Part shown: in pieces, positions 29,341 to 38,874 of the stretch
Layout: the number at the start of each line of letters is the position of its first letter
Numbering within the stretch: position 1 is the first letter of the stretch
Assembly: GCA_963826115.1 (NCBI GenBank)
Contig: CAWGVS010000005.1
Location: 384,001-448,000 of the forward strand
Source: an uncultured Candidatus Rokubacteria bacterium
GTDB lineage: Bacteria; Methylomirabilota; Methylomirabilia; Rokubacteriales; DASRDR01
Reading direction: 5' to 3'
DNA length: 64,000 bases
Notes under the pieces: generated by a model
Databases searched by the model: none
The model's input: only the letters and a program-made list of their open reading frames with translations
Told to the model about the DNA's origin: nothing
Position numbers and translations under genes: made by a program

Positions 29341-30300
29341 TTGGCGCACGCGCGTCGGTTCCGATTCGGCGTGATCCACGAGGACCCCAAGCCGCTCGCG
29401 CCGTGGGCGAGCCATCTCCGGCGGATCGAGGACCTCGGGTTCTCGACGCTTCTGGTCCGCGACCACTTCGTCCCGGACTTCTTCGGCGACCAGCCCGCGC
29501 CCCTGATCGCCCTCGCAAACGCGGCGGGACTCACGACGCAGCTCCGGCTGGGGACGATGGTGCTCGCCGTCGACTACCGGCATCCGGTGATGCTCGCCAA
29601 GGAAGCGGCCACGCTCGACCTCGTGTCTGGCGGCCGGCTGGAGCTCGGTCTCGGCGCGGGCTGGCTCCGCCGCGAGTACGAGAGCGCCGGCCTCGGCTTC
29701 GACCCGATCGGCACCCGGATCGAGCGCCTCGAGGAGACGGTCCGGATCCTCGACGGCCTGTTCGGGGACGGGCCGTTCTCGTTCGCCGGGAAGCACTACG
29801 CGGTGAGCGCGATCGAGGGGTTCCCGAAGCCGGCGCAGCGCCCGCGCCCGCCGATCCTGATCGGGGGCGGGCGGCGCCGGGTGCTGAGCCTGGCGGGCCG
29901 CTCGGCCGACATCGTCGGTATCCTGACGACCTCGGTCGCGACCGGCACGGTGGTCGACGAGGCCGCCGAGCGGCTCGCCGGCGCCGTCGCCGAGAAGCTC
30001 TCCTGGGTCGCGGAGGGCGCGGGCGACCGCTACGCCGACATCGAGCTCAGCCTGATTCCCACGCTCCGGTTCACGGAGGACCGCGTGGGCGCGGCGGCCG
30101 AGCTCATCCGGGCGCGCGGCTGGCGCGGCGTGACGCCGGCCGACGTCCTGGAGATGCCGTCGGTGCTCGTGGGCTCGCTGAGCGAGATCGCCGACGTGAT
30201 GGAGGAGCGCCGCGCCCGCTACGGGTTCTCGTACTACGTCGTGTCGGACCGGCAGCTCGACGACGTCGCGCCCTTGGTGGCGCGGCTGGCCGGACGGTAG
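29341..30300 (+). CDS. LLM class, probably F420-dependent oxidoreductase
   Basis: EDLGFSTL...DHF, LRLGTMV...DYRHP..LAKEAATLD..SGGRLELGLGAGW, P.ILIGGG. Confidence 0.88.
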   Translation: MAHARRFRFGVIHEDPKPLAPWASHLRRIEDLGFSTLLVRDHFVPDFFGDQPAPLIALANAAGLTTQLRLGTMVLAVDYRHPVMLAKEAATLDLVSGGRLELGLGAGWLRREYESAGLGFDPIGTRIERLEETVRILDGLFGDGPFSFAGKHYAVSAIEGFPKPAQRPRPPILIGGGRRRVLSLAGRSADIVGILTTSVATGTVVDEAAERLAGAVAEKLSWVAEGAGDRYADIELSLIPTLRFTEDRVGAAAELIRARGWRGVTPADVLEMPSVLVGSLSEIADVMEERRARYGFSYYVVSDRQLDDVAPLVARLAGR

Positions 30301-30377
30301 GTAGAGTCTCGCCGGGGCTCCGCCGGAACAGCACGTGCCCTCGCGGGCCCAGGATCTTCTAGTAGGCGGCCTCCGCC

Positions 30378-31472
30378 TCAGTACCGGTCGGGATCGAGAT
30401 CGAGGAGCGGGAACGCGCTCACGGCCGACGGCGCCGCGACCGGCGTCTCGGGGTGGAGATAGCTCCGGTCGAGCTCGGCGAAGCTCGTCACGCCCAGGAG
30501 CCCAAGGGCGAGGCGGACCTCCTCCTCGAGGAGCTCCAGCACGCGGACGAGCCCCGCGTCGCCGGCCGCGGCCAGCCCCATGCACGCGATCCGCCCGAGG
30601 CCGACGACCTCGGCGCCGAGCGCGACCGCCTTGATGATGTCGGTGCCCCGCACGAAGCCGCCGTCGACCCACACCTTCGCGCGGCCCCCGACGGACTGGA
30701 CGACCTCGGGCAGGACCGCGAGGCTTCCCCGGCCGTGGTCGAGCTGGCGTCCCCCGTGGTTCGAGACGTAAACGACCTCGACCCCGTGGCGGCACGCGAT
30801 GTCCGCGTCCTCGGCGGTCGCGATGCCCTTCAGGACCAGCGGCACGTCCGGGTGGGTGTCCTTGAAGCGCTTGACCTGGTCCCACGACAGGCTGCGCTGG
30901 TACTCGAGACCGGTGGCCGAGGCCCGCCAGGACTTCACGAATCGGCGAGCCAGATCGCGCTCGCGCCGGCTGTAGTACGCGCTGTCCACGGTCATGCAGA
31001 AGCCTCGATAGCCGTGGTCCCGCGAGCGGCGGACCCAGTCGTCCACCACGGTGTCGTCGCCGCGGACGTAGAGCTGGAAGATGCGGTGGTTCTCGGCCGC
31101 CTCGGCAGTGGCCTCCAGGCCGGGGTTGCACGCGGAGCTCAGCATCTGCGGGATGCCGAAGCGCGCGGCGGCCTTCGCCGCGGTGGCGGCCCCGCCCGGC
31201 GTGAACGACTCGATCGAGCCGATGGGCGCCAGCATCACCGGGAGGCGCACCGGCTGGCCGAGCCACGTGCCTCCCGAGTCGACGCGGTTCACGTCCCGGA
31301 GGACCCGGGGCCGGAAGGCGACGGAGTCGAGCGCCTGCCGGTTGCGGCGGAGCGTCGTCTCCGTCTCGGTGCCGCCCACCAGGTAGTCCCAGGGGCCCGG
31401 AGCCAGGGCACCGCGCGCCGCATGGACGATCTCGTGGAGCGTCTGGAATCGGTCCTCGAGTCCGGAGGTCAT
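30378..31472 (-). CDS. FMN-dependent alpha-hydroxy-acid oxidase/dehydrogenase
   Basis: FRPRVLRDV, FQLY, TVD, LKGI, VSNHGGRQLD, DGG..RGTDIIKAVALGA. Confidence 0.92.
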   Translation of the reverse strand: MTSGLEDRFQTLHEIVHAARGALAPGPWDYLVGGTETETTLRRNRQALDSVAFRPRVLRDVNRVDSGGTWLGQPVRLPVMLAPIGSIESFTPGGAATAAKAAARFGIPQMLSSACNPGLEATAEAAENHRIFQLYVRGDDTVVDDWVRRSRDHGYRGFCMTVDSAYYSRRERDLARRFVKSWRASATGLEYQRSLSWDQVKRFKDTHPDVPLVLKGIATAEDADIACRHGVEVVYVSNHGGRQLDHGRGSLAVLPEVVQSVGGRAKVWVDGGFVRGTDIIKAVALGAEVVGLGRIACMGLAAAGDAGLVRVLELLEEEVRLALGLLGVTSFAELDRSYLHPETPVAAPSAVSAFPLLDLDPDRY

Positions 31473-31635
31473 GGGCCCATCCTTTGCGGGTCGGTGGCCA
31501 CGCGGCGCGATTGCCCGCCGCTCGACGTTCGACGGTACACGGAAACCCGGGCGGGCGCCAACCCCGGACCCGAATCGCCGAGCTTCGCCCCACCCACCGT
31601 CGGCGCCCCACCCGGCGGTGTGACGGCGACCGCCG

Positions 31636-31679
31636 CAAGTCAGTGATTTCTCGGCGATCCCCGCTGGCACCGTTCTCGC
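31636..31679 (+). promoter_or_regulatory. Putative sigma-54 promoter with adjacent IHF-like site
   Basis: TGGCACCGTTCTCGC at 31665-31679 (GG-N10-GC). Minus-strand AATCACTGACTTG at 31636-31648 resembles IHF consensus WATCAR-N4-TTR. Confidence 0.6.
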
Positions 31680-31785
31680 CATTGCCCCGATCCGGGTGGC
31701 GCGACTGCGCGCCGCGCGACACGGTCTCCGAGAACCGGCGGGACGCTGGGTGGGCCGGCTCCCGCCGCGAGAAAGGACGAGGGCG

Positions 31786-32322
31786 ATGAGGACGAGAGCG
31801 ATCAGGAGTCTGGGCCTCCTTCCGCTGCTGTTGCTGGGCGCCGCGTGCGGCAAGGGTGGGGGCGGGGGCAGCGCGTCTTCGGCCGCCACCGCGACGGACG
31901 CGAACGCTCCGGTGATCACGAACCTGCGCGTGTCCTACGGGGCCGGCTGCACGCTCTCCAGCATCCAGGCGCGGGGCACGATCGAGATCGTGAGCTTCGA
32001 CTACGTGGACGCCGACGGCAACCTTCGCGGCGGCGTCGTAAACAATCGGACGACGTTCCCGACCCAGGCTCCCATCACGTTCACGGGGTCGCTTCCGTCG
32101 CGAGGCGTGACAATCAGCGGCACGACCTCGGGCACCGTCAGCATCACGGCCTGCCTTCTCTTCGGTGGCAGTGCCGGCATCAGTGAGGAGGTCCAGGTGA
32201 CCGACGTCACGGGGAAGGTGTCGAACGTGCTCGCCCTCGAGGTGTCGCACCCCGCCGGCCTCCCGCAAGTGCCGCGCGGCGGTGATGACGCGGTTCGGAA
32301 GTCGCTCGAGTTTTCTCAGTAG
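31786..32322 (+). CDS. Hypothetical lipoprotein, S/T/G-rich beta domain
   Basis: MRTRAIRSLGLLPLLLLGAAC lipobox, Gly linker, APVITNL, FDYVDADGN, two Cys in the mature domain. Confidence 0.75.
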   Translation: MRTRAIRSLGLLPLLLLGAACGKGGGGGSASSAATATDANAPVITNLRVSYGAGCTLSSIQARGTIEIVSFDYVDADGNLRGGVVNNRTTFPTQAPITFTGSLPSRGVTISGTTSGTVSITACLLFGGSAGISEEVQVTDVTGKVSNVLALEVSHPAGLPQVPRGGDDAVRKSLEFSQ

Positions 32323-32406
32323 GGGCCGACCGGCTCGCCACCACGGCGGACAGATTCCCGACGCCGTGGTGGCGAAGACCGCCGCCCGTTCGCTAAGCTC
32401 TAGTCC

Positions 32407-33108
32407 GTGGACCTCACCATCGACCCGCGCTTCAACGGCCCGCCGGGATCGGGCCACGGAGGCTACGTCGCGGGCGCGCTCGCGAGTCTCCTCGAGGGGC
32501 CGGCGCGCGTCAGGCTCCACCGGCCGCCGCCGCTGGGACGGAAGCTGGAGGTGCGCCGGAGCGACCGCGCGGTCACGCTCCTCGACGGCGACGCGATCGT
32601 CGCGACCGGCGCGGCGGCGGCGGTCGAGCTGTCCATGCCGGACGTCGTCGGGTTCGACGAGGCGGTGGTGGCCTCGCGAGGGTATCCCGGGTTCGGTGCG
32701 CATCTCTTCTCGCGCTGCTTCGCGTGCGGGCCAGACCGCCCGGCGGGCGACGGGCTCCGGATCTTCCCCGGCTCGGTGGCCGGGCGGGGCGTGGTGGCGG
32801 CGCCCTGGGTGCCGGACGCGTCCCTGACGGGAGGCGGCCGCGAGGTGCGGCCGGAGTTCCTGTGGGCGGCGCTCGACTGTCCGAGCGGGTGGGCCGCGAC
32901 CGACGTCACCGGACGGCCAAGCGTCCTGGGCGAGCTCGCCGCGCGGCTCGCGACTCCGGTCTTTCCGGGGGATCGCTGCGTCGTCCTCGGCTGGGCGCTG
33001 GAGGGGGGTGAGGGCCGGAAGCGCTTCGCGGCCTCAGCGATCCTCGGGGAGGACGGCGCGCCGCGCGCCGTGGCGCGGTCGACCTGGATCGCGCTCGCGC
33101 GGGACTGA
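32407..33108 (+). CDS. Thioesterase-like double hot-dog fold protein
   Basis: RFNGPPGSGHGGY.AG, CF.CG..R..GLRIF.G, WAALDCP. Confidence 0.75.
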   Translation: MDLTIDPRFNGPPGSGHGGYVAGALASLLEGPARVRLHRPPPLGRKLEVRRSDRAVTLLDGDAIVATGAAAAVELSMPDVVGFDEAVVASRGYPGFGAHLFSRCFACGPDRPAGDGLRIFPGSVAGRGVVAAPWVPDASLTGGGREVRPEFLWAALDCPSGWAATDVTGRPSVLGELAARLATPVFPGDRCVVLGWALEGGEGRKRFAASAILGEDGAPRAVARSTWIALARD

Positions 33109-33167
33109 CGGCCCGGCCGCGGCCGCCCGGATGGCAGCGAGCACGCGGGTAGCGTAGGCTGGCTCCC

Positions 33168-33806
33168 GTGGTGGCGGCGCACCCTGAGCGCGATCCTCAT
33201 CCGGCCGAGGCCAAGTCCGCGCTGCGGCGGGACATCCTCGCGCGCCGGGACGCCCTGGACCCCGGGCTGCGGGCGCGGCACTCGAGGGTAGCGCTCGATC
33301 GCGTGGTGAGACTGCCGAGCTTCCGGGCGGCGCCCGTGGTCCTTGCCTACGCTTCGTTCGGGAGCGAGCTCGACACCCGCGCGCTCCTCGGCGACGTGCT
33401 GGGCGGCGGCCGGACGCTGGTCCTCCCGCGGGTCGACCGTCAGGCCCGTCGGCTCGTGCTCCACGAGGTCCGGGACCTCGCCGCCGACCTTCTCCCCGGC
33501 ACGTGGGGGATCCCGGAGCCTGCGCCCGAGCGCTGCCGACTGGTGGCGCCGGACGAGGTCAAGTTCGTTCTCGTCCCCGGCGTCGCCTTCGACCCGGATG
33601 GGGGCCGCGTCGGGTACGGCGCCGGCTACTACGACCGGCTGCTGGGGGAATGGCCGGCCCCGCTGCCGCCGCTGGCCGCGGCGGCCTTCGAGCTCCAGAT
33701 CGTTCCCGCGGTGCCGGTGCTCCCGACCGACCACCGCGTCGACCTGGTCGTCACCGAGTCCCGGACCTACGCGAAGCGTTGCCTCGAACCGACGGAGGAT
33801 CCATAG
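33168..33806 (+). CDS. 5-formyltetrahydrofolate cyclo-ligase
   Basis: K..LRR, Y.S..SE.DT, LP.V, GI.EP, LVPGVAFD..G.R.GYGAGYYDRLL, D.VVTE. Confidence 0.95.
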   Translation: MVAAHPERDPHPAEAKSALRRDILARRDALDPGLRARHSRVALDRVVRLPSFRAAPVVLAYASFGSELDTRALLGDVLGGGRTLVLPRVDRQARRLVLHEVRDLAADLLPGTWGIPEPAPERCRLVAPDEVKFVLVPGVAFDPDGGRVGYGAGYYDRLLGEWPAPLPPLAAAAFELQIVPAVPVLPTDHRVDLVVTESRTYAKRCLEPTEDP

Positions 33807-34619
33807 ATGGAGATCGATCTCAAGGGCAAGGTCGCAGTCGTCACCGGCGCCGGCCGCGGCATCGGGCGCGAGATCGCGGAATCCCTCGCGCGCGAGGGAG
33901 CGACCACGGTGGTCACCGACGTTCGCCAGGAGCTCCTCGATGACGTGGCCGCGGAGTGGAGGCGGCGGGGCTGGGCCGGCCGCCAGCACCTCTGCGACGT
34001 CCGGGACGGCGCCCGGACGCGGGCGGTGGCCGACGAGGTCGTGCGGGCGCTCGGCCGGATCGACGTCCTCGTGAACAACGCGGGCGTGGCGCCGGGTGGC
34101 CCCGTGGAGACGCTCAGCGAGGAGGCCTGGGACCTCAACATGGACGTGAACCTGAAGGGCACGTTCCTCATGTGCCAGGCCGTGATCCCCGCCATGAAGC
34201 GCCAGCGCGCGGGGCGGATCATCAACGCCGCGTCCTTCGCGGCGATCCTCCCCATCACCGGGTCGTCGGCATACGCCGCGTCGAAGGCGGGCGTGCACTA
34301 CTTCACGCGCGTCCTGGCGGGCGAGCTCGGCCCCTGGGGGATCACCGTGAATTGCTACGCCCCCGGCATGATCCCGACGGAGATCAACCACTTCACGGAG
34401 CAGCCCGCCGAGCGCCAGCGCCGTCTCCTCGACACGCTCACGTTCCGGCGCTGGGGCGAGGCGCGGGACGTCGCGAACCTGATCTGCTTCCTGGCCTCGG
34501 ACCTGGCCGGGTACATCACGGGGACCATGGTCGACGTGAGCGGCGGGAAGCTCGCGACCCAGATTCCGCGGCTCGCGTGGGAGGCGGCGGCCCAGGAGGG
34601 CGTGGTCACCCTCGACTGA
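33807..34619 (+). CDS. SDR family oxidoreductase (FabG-like)
   Basis: VTGAGRGIG, VNNAG, YAASK, ITG....VSGG. Confidence 0.92.
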   Translation: MEIDLKGKVAVVTGAGRGIGREIAESLAREGATTVVTDVRQELLDDVAAEWRRRGWAGRQHLCDVRDGARTRAVADEVVRALGRIDVLVNNAGVAPGGPVETLSEEAWDLNMDVNLKGTFLMCQAVIPAMKRQRAGRIINAASFAAILPITGSSAYAASKAGVHYFTRVLAGELGPWGITVNCYAPGMIPTEINHFTEQPAERQRRLLDTLTFRRWGEARDVANLICFLASDLAGYITGTMVDVSGGKLATQIPRLAWEAAAQEGVVTLD

Positions 34620-34654
34620 CGCGTTCGCCCGGGCGGACGTGCTATAGGGAGAGC

Positions 34655-35998
34655 GTGGATGACCGGGACCTCCTCGACGAGCTGGTGCGGGTCGCAACCC
34701 GCCTCGGCGCGGAGGTCCGGATCGAGCCCTTCGAGACGTCGCCCGCGCGCGGCGGCGGCCGCTGCCTCGTCGAGGGGCGCGAGCTCATCCTCCTCGACGC
34801 GCGCGCGCCGCTCAGGGACCGGGTCGGCGCGCTCGCGGCGGCGCTCGCCGGCTTCGACCTCGACGACGTCTACGTGACCCCGGAGGCCCGGGAACGAGTG
34901 GAGCGGGAGCGCGACGTCCGCATCGCGCCACGGGAGGGCGTGGCGCTCGCCCCGCTCTGCACCATGGGTGTCGGCGGGCCGGCGCGCTGGTACGTCGAGG
35001 CGCGGGACGAGGCGGGCGTGCTCGCGGCCCTCGACTGGGCGGAGCAGCGCGGGCTCCCGGTCCGCGTCATCGGCGGCGGCTCGAACCTGGTCGTCGCCGA
35101 CACGGGCGTGGACGGGCTCGTCCTCCGCGTCGCCCTCCTCGGCATCACGACGAAGGAGACGGGGGACGCCGTCGAGCTCACCGCCGCGGCCGGCGAGCCG
35201 TGGGACGACGTCGTGCGGCTCGCGGTCGAGCGCGGGTGGGCCGGCCTCGAGTGCCTGAGCGGGATTCCGGGGCTGGTCGGCGCGACGCCCATCCAGAACG
35301 TCGGCGCCTATGGCCAGGAGGTCGCGGACACCGTCTCGGCGGTGCGCGTGCTGGACCGTGCCACGCGCGCGGTGCTCTCGCTCCCGCCCGCGGCGTGCGG
35401 CTTCGGCTACCGCGACAGCGCGTTCAAGAGCCACGCGCCCGACCGCCACGTGATCCTCGGGGTCACGTACCGCCTGCGCTCGGGCGGCGCGCCCTCGATC
35501 CGCTACGCGGAGCTCGAGCGCCACCTCGCCGCGCGCGGGATCGCGACGCCGACGCTCGGGGACGTGCGGGCGAGCGTGCTCGCCGTGCGCCGCGCGAAGT
35601 CGATGGTCCTCGATCCCGGCGACCCGAACGGGCGGAGCTGCGGCTCGTTCTTCGTGAACCCGGTGGTCTCGGTGGCGGAAGCCGAGCGCATCGCCGCCGT
35701 GGCGGGCGATCCGGCGATGCCGCGGTGGCCCGAGCCGGGCGGCGAGCGCGTGAAGCTGGCGGCCGCGTGGCTCGTCGAGCGCGCCGGGTTCGCGCGCGGC
35801 CACCGCGACGGCGCCGCCGGGATCTCGACGCGCCACACGCTGGCGATCGTGGCGCACGAGGGGGCGCGGGCGGCCGACGTGGTTCGCGTCGCCCGGCGCG
35901 TCCAGACGAGCGTGCTGACCCGCTTCGGCGTGCGGCTGCACCCGGAGCCGGTCTTCTGGGGCTTCGCCAGCGTGACGGACGGTCTCCCCGAGGCGTGA
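34655..35998 (+). CDS. murB: UDP-N-acetylmuramate dehydrogenase MurB with an ~85-aa N-terminal extra domain
   Basis: TMGVGGPA, GGGSNL, GLECLSGIPGLVGATPIQNVGAYG, FGYRDS.FK, GSFF.NP, FGV.L.PEP. The upstream domain is in frame with no stop. Confidence 0.88.
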   Translation: MDDRDLLDELVRVATRLGAEVRIEPFETSPARGGGRCLVEGRELILLDARAPLRDRVGALAAALAGFDLDDVYVTPEARERVERERDVRIAPREGVALAPLCTMGVGGPARWYVEARDEAGVLAALDWAEQRGLPVRVIGGGSNLVVADTGVDGLVLRVALLGITTKETGDAVELTAAAGEPWDDVVRLAVERGWAGLECLSGIPGLVGATPIQNVGAYGQEVADTVSAVRVLDRATRAVLSLPPAACGFGYRDSAFKSHAPDRHVILGVTYRLRSGGAPSIRYAELERHLAARGIATPTLGDVRASVLAVRRAKSMVLDPGDPNGRSCGSFFVNPVVSVAEAERIAAVAGDPAMPRWPEPGGERVKLAAAWLVERAGFARGHRDGAAGISTRHTLAIVAHEGARAADVVRVARRVQTSVLTRFGVRLHPEPVFWGFASVTDGLPEA

Positions 35999-36049
35999 CA
36001 CGGCTCCCGCGGTTTGCGGGTGCCCGCCCGGTCCCGTATCGTACCCACC

Positions 36050-37066
36050 GTGCCGCGGCTCCGCGTCGGCCTCGCCTACGATCTCTTCGGCAGCTACCCC
36101 TTGCGTCCGGGCGCCCCGCCCGATGCCGAGGTCGAGTACGAGCCGGAGGCGACGGTGCTCGTCCTGGAGACGGCGCTCAGGCGTCTCGGCCACGAGCCCG
36201 TCCGGCTCGGGAACCCCCACGCCGTTCTTCAAGCGGTCGCGCAGGCGGGTACGCTCCGCGTCGACGCGGTTCTGACCATCGCCGAGGGGTACGGCCCGCG
36301 GAACCGCGAAGCGTGGGTGCCGGCCCTCTGCGAGATGGCCGGGATCCCGGCGCTCGGCTCCGACGGCCTCACCCTGACGACGACGCTCGACAAGCTCTGG
36401 GCGCATCGCGTGGTTGCCGCGGCCGGCGTGGCCGTACCCGCGCACGCGAGCCTCGATTCGGCCGAGGCGGCGGCGCGCGCCGCGTTGCCGGCCCCGTTCC
36501 CGCTCTTCGTCAAGCCGCGGTGGGAGGGGACCGCCAAGGGAATCGGCCCCACCTCGCGCGTCGAGAGCCGTGACGCCCTCGTGCGCGAGGTCGCCCGGGT
36601 CGTCGAGACGTACGCGCAGCCGGCCCTGGTCGAGGCGTTCCTGGAGGGCCCGGAGTACACCGTCACGCTGGTGGGCGATCGGCCGCCCCGGGCCCTGCCG
36701 ACGCTCCAGCGCGCGCTGGAGGTCACGACCGGGATCGGCGCCCACGCCCTCGAGCGGCACCCGCCGCCGCCCGGCGGCTGGCGCCACGTGACGCCGGGCG
36801 CGCTCGACCCCGCGCTCGAGACCGAGCTGGTGGCGCTGGGCCGGCGCGCGTTCGAGGCGCTCGAGTGCCGGGACTACGCGCGGGCGGACTTCCGCCTCGA
36901 CGGCGCCGGCCGGCCCCACTTCCTCGAGATCAACCCGCTGCCCACGTTCGCGCCCGACGGCTCGTTCGGCATCATCGCGGAGATCCTGGGGCGCGACCTC
37001 GACGACCTCCTGGCGGAGATCCTCGGGGAAGCGCTCGCCCGCCTCGACCGCGCGCCGCGCGCCTGA
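36050..37066 (+). CDS. D-alanine--D-alanine ligase-like ATP-grasp protein
   Basis: IAEG...RNRE..VPA..E, LDK, FVKP..EGT.KGI, LVE.FL.G.EYTV, RDYAR.DFRL, FLEINPLP. Confidence 0.85.
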   Translation: MPRLRVGLAYDLFGSYPLRPGAPPDAEVEYEPEATVLVLETALRRLGHEPVRLGNPHAVLQAVAQAGTLRVDAVLTIAEGYGPRNREAWVPALCEMAGIPALGSDGLTLTTTLDKLWAHRVVAAAGVAVPAHASLDSAEAAARAALPAPFPLFVKPRWEGTAKGIGPTSRVESRDALVREVARVVETYAQPALVEAFLEGPEYTVTLVGDRPPRALPTLQRALEVTTGIGAHALERHPPPPGGWRHVTPGALDPALETELVALGRRAFEALECRDYARADFRLDGAGRPHFLEINPLPTFAPDGSFGIIAEILGRDLDDLLAEILGEALARLDRAPRA

Positions 37067-37171
37067 CGTGCATCCCGTGAGCCCCATGGACCCGCCGCTC
37101 CGGCGGCGGTCGGCCGTCGAACCCGAGGAGCCGGTCCGTCTCCCGGACGGACGCGGCGCACGGAGGACCCG

Positions 37172-37561
37172 ATGAGCGAGCAAGCGTACCAGGACGGACT
37201 CGAGATGAAGCGCCGGCTGTTCGGCGCCGGCAAGGAGCGCCCGGTCTCCCACGGGAGCCTGGCCGACGACCTCCTGCGGCTCTCCGACGAGACCGTGTTC
37301 GGCCGCGTCTACACGCGGCCGGGCCTGGACCTCAAGACCCGGAGCATGCTGACCGTCGCGGCGCTCACCGTGCTGGGCCGCGACGACTACCTCCGGCGCC
37401 ACCTCCAGGGCGCGCTCCACGTCGGTGTCACGCCCGCCGAGATCAAGGAGATCCTGATGCAGATGGCCTTCTACGGCGGGATGCCCGTCGCGCTGAAGGC
37501 CCTCCGGATCGCCCAGGAGGAGATCACCGCCTGGGAGGCGGCCCGCGGCGCGGCGCGCTGA
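37172..37561 (+). CDS. Carboxymuconolactone decarboxylase family protein
   Basis: FG.V..RPGLD.KTRS..T.AAL, H..GAL..G.T..EI.E..Q...Y.G.P; GGAGG RBS. Confidence 0.9.
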   Translation: MSEQAYQDGLEMKRRLFGAGKERPVSHGSLADDLLRLSDETVFGRVYTRPGLDLKTRSMLTVAALTVLGRDDYLRRHLQGALHVGVTPAEIKEILMQMAFYGGMPVALKALRIAQEEITAWEAARGAAR

Positions 37562-37573
37562 GCGATCCGGCGG

Positions 37574-38779
37574 CTAGCGCCGCCGCGCGCGCCACGCGGC
37601 GAGGGCGAGGAGTGCGCCCGCGCCGGCGGCCGCGGCCGTCAGGACGCCGAGGCTGCCGAATCCCCAGCGCGCGACGAGCCAGCCGCCGAGCGCCGCCGCG
37701 CTGAGCCACCCGATGCTCGACATCGTGATGTTGAGGCCCAGGACGGCGCCGCGCACGTCTCCCGGCACCTCGGAGAGCGCCGCCATGAGCGCCGGGCGCC
37801 CCGCCGCGTTCGCGAACGAGTACGCGAAGCCGAGCGCGACGGACAGGACGATCCCGGGACGCCAGAGCATGAGCGGCAGCCCGAGCGCCCCGGTCACGAC
37901 CGAGGCGGCGGCGAACACGAGCGGGCGCGGCAGGGGCCGGTCCGCGAGCGCGCCGCCCAGGAGATTGCCCGCCAGGTTTCCGAGCGCGGCCAGCGCGAGC
38001 GCGAGCGCCAGCGCCTCCATCGTCACCCCGTACGCCGTCAGGAAGAAGGTCGCCAGGTACACCGCCACCGCCGCGAAGCAGGTGCGCTCCATCGTGCTCG
38101 CGAGGAGGAGCCCGACGATCCGCGGGCCGAAGAGGCCGCGGAGACTTGCCCGCGCCCGCCCGGCCGGGCCCCGCGCGCCGGCGCCGCCTGGGACCACGAG
38201 CCAGACGGCGGCCGCGCCGACGATCGCGGTGGTGGCCTGCGCGCCGATCGCGACGCGCCAGCCCCCGATGGCGCCGAGGAGGGTCACGAGCGGGACGGCG
38301 GCCACGAGGGACAGGGACTGGCCAGTGATGACCCAGCCGAGGGCGCGGCCGTGCTGGGCCACGGCCACGCGATCCGACACCGCCGCGAACACGGTCCCCA
38401 TGAAGCCGCCGCCGCCGGCGCCCGCGAGGAGCTGCCACAGGGCGGCCGTGCCGTAGCCGTGGGAGAGGGCGAGGCCGAGCCGGGCCGCGCCCAGCGTGAG
38501 GACGGCGGCGACGAGCACGGGCCGGCGGCCGATCCGGTCCGAGGCGGCGCCCGCCGTGACCGACACGACGCCCCAGCTGATGCTCATGAGCGCGATGAGG
38601 TTCGCCGCCGCTCCGAGAGTGACGTCGAGGTCCCGCGAGACGTCGAGGAGGAACGGCGCGAGCGCGATCGCCGAGCCGTTCACGAGGAAGGTCACGACCG
38701 AGAGCGTGACGAGCATGACCCACGGGAGCCGGGCCTCGGCCCCCGGTGCGCGGCCCTCCGGCGCACGCGAGTCGTTCAC
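37574..38779 (-). CDS. MFS transporter
   Basis: About 12 hydrophobic segments, G..SDRIGRRPVL motif A. Start codon uncertain. Confidence 0.88.
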   Translation of the reverse strand: MNDSRAPEGRAPGAEARLPWVMLVTLSVVTFLVNGSAIALAPFLLDVSRDLDVTLGAAANLIALMSISWGVVSVTAGAASDRIGRRPVLVAAVLTLGAARLGLALSHGYGTAALWQLLAGAGGGGFMGTVFAAVSDRVAVAQHGRALGWVITGQSLSLVAAVPLVTLLGAIGGWRVAIGAQATTAIVGAAAVWLVVPGGAGARGPAGRARASLRGLFGPRIVGLLLASTMERTCFAAVAVYLATFFLTAYGVTMEALALALALAALGNLAGNLLGGALADRPLPRPLVFAAASVVTGALGLPLMLWRPGIVLSVALGFAYSFANAAGRPALMAALSEVPGDVRGAVLGLNITMSSIGWLSAAALGGWLVARWGFGSLGVLTAAAAGAGALLALAAWRARRR

Positions 38780-38874
38780 GCCGGGCGGTCCGCGGGACGC
38801 ACGCGTTCGATTGTAGCGTCCGCCGGCGCGGCCCGCCGGGCCGCCGCGGCCGCCCGCGTGGTACGCTCGGCGAC

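Noticed and set aside
28669-32703. 1344-aa minus-strand ORF
   Set aside because: Arg/Pro/Gly-rich shadow frame overlapping several well-supported genes; typical of very high GC DNA.
34355-37420. 1021-aa minus-strand ORF
   Set aside because: Antisense shadow of murB and the ddl-like gene; no motifs.
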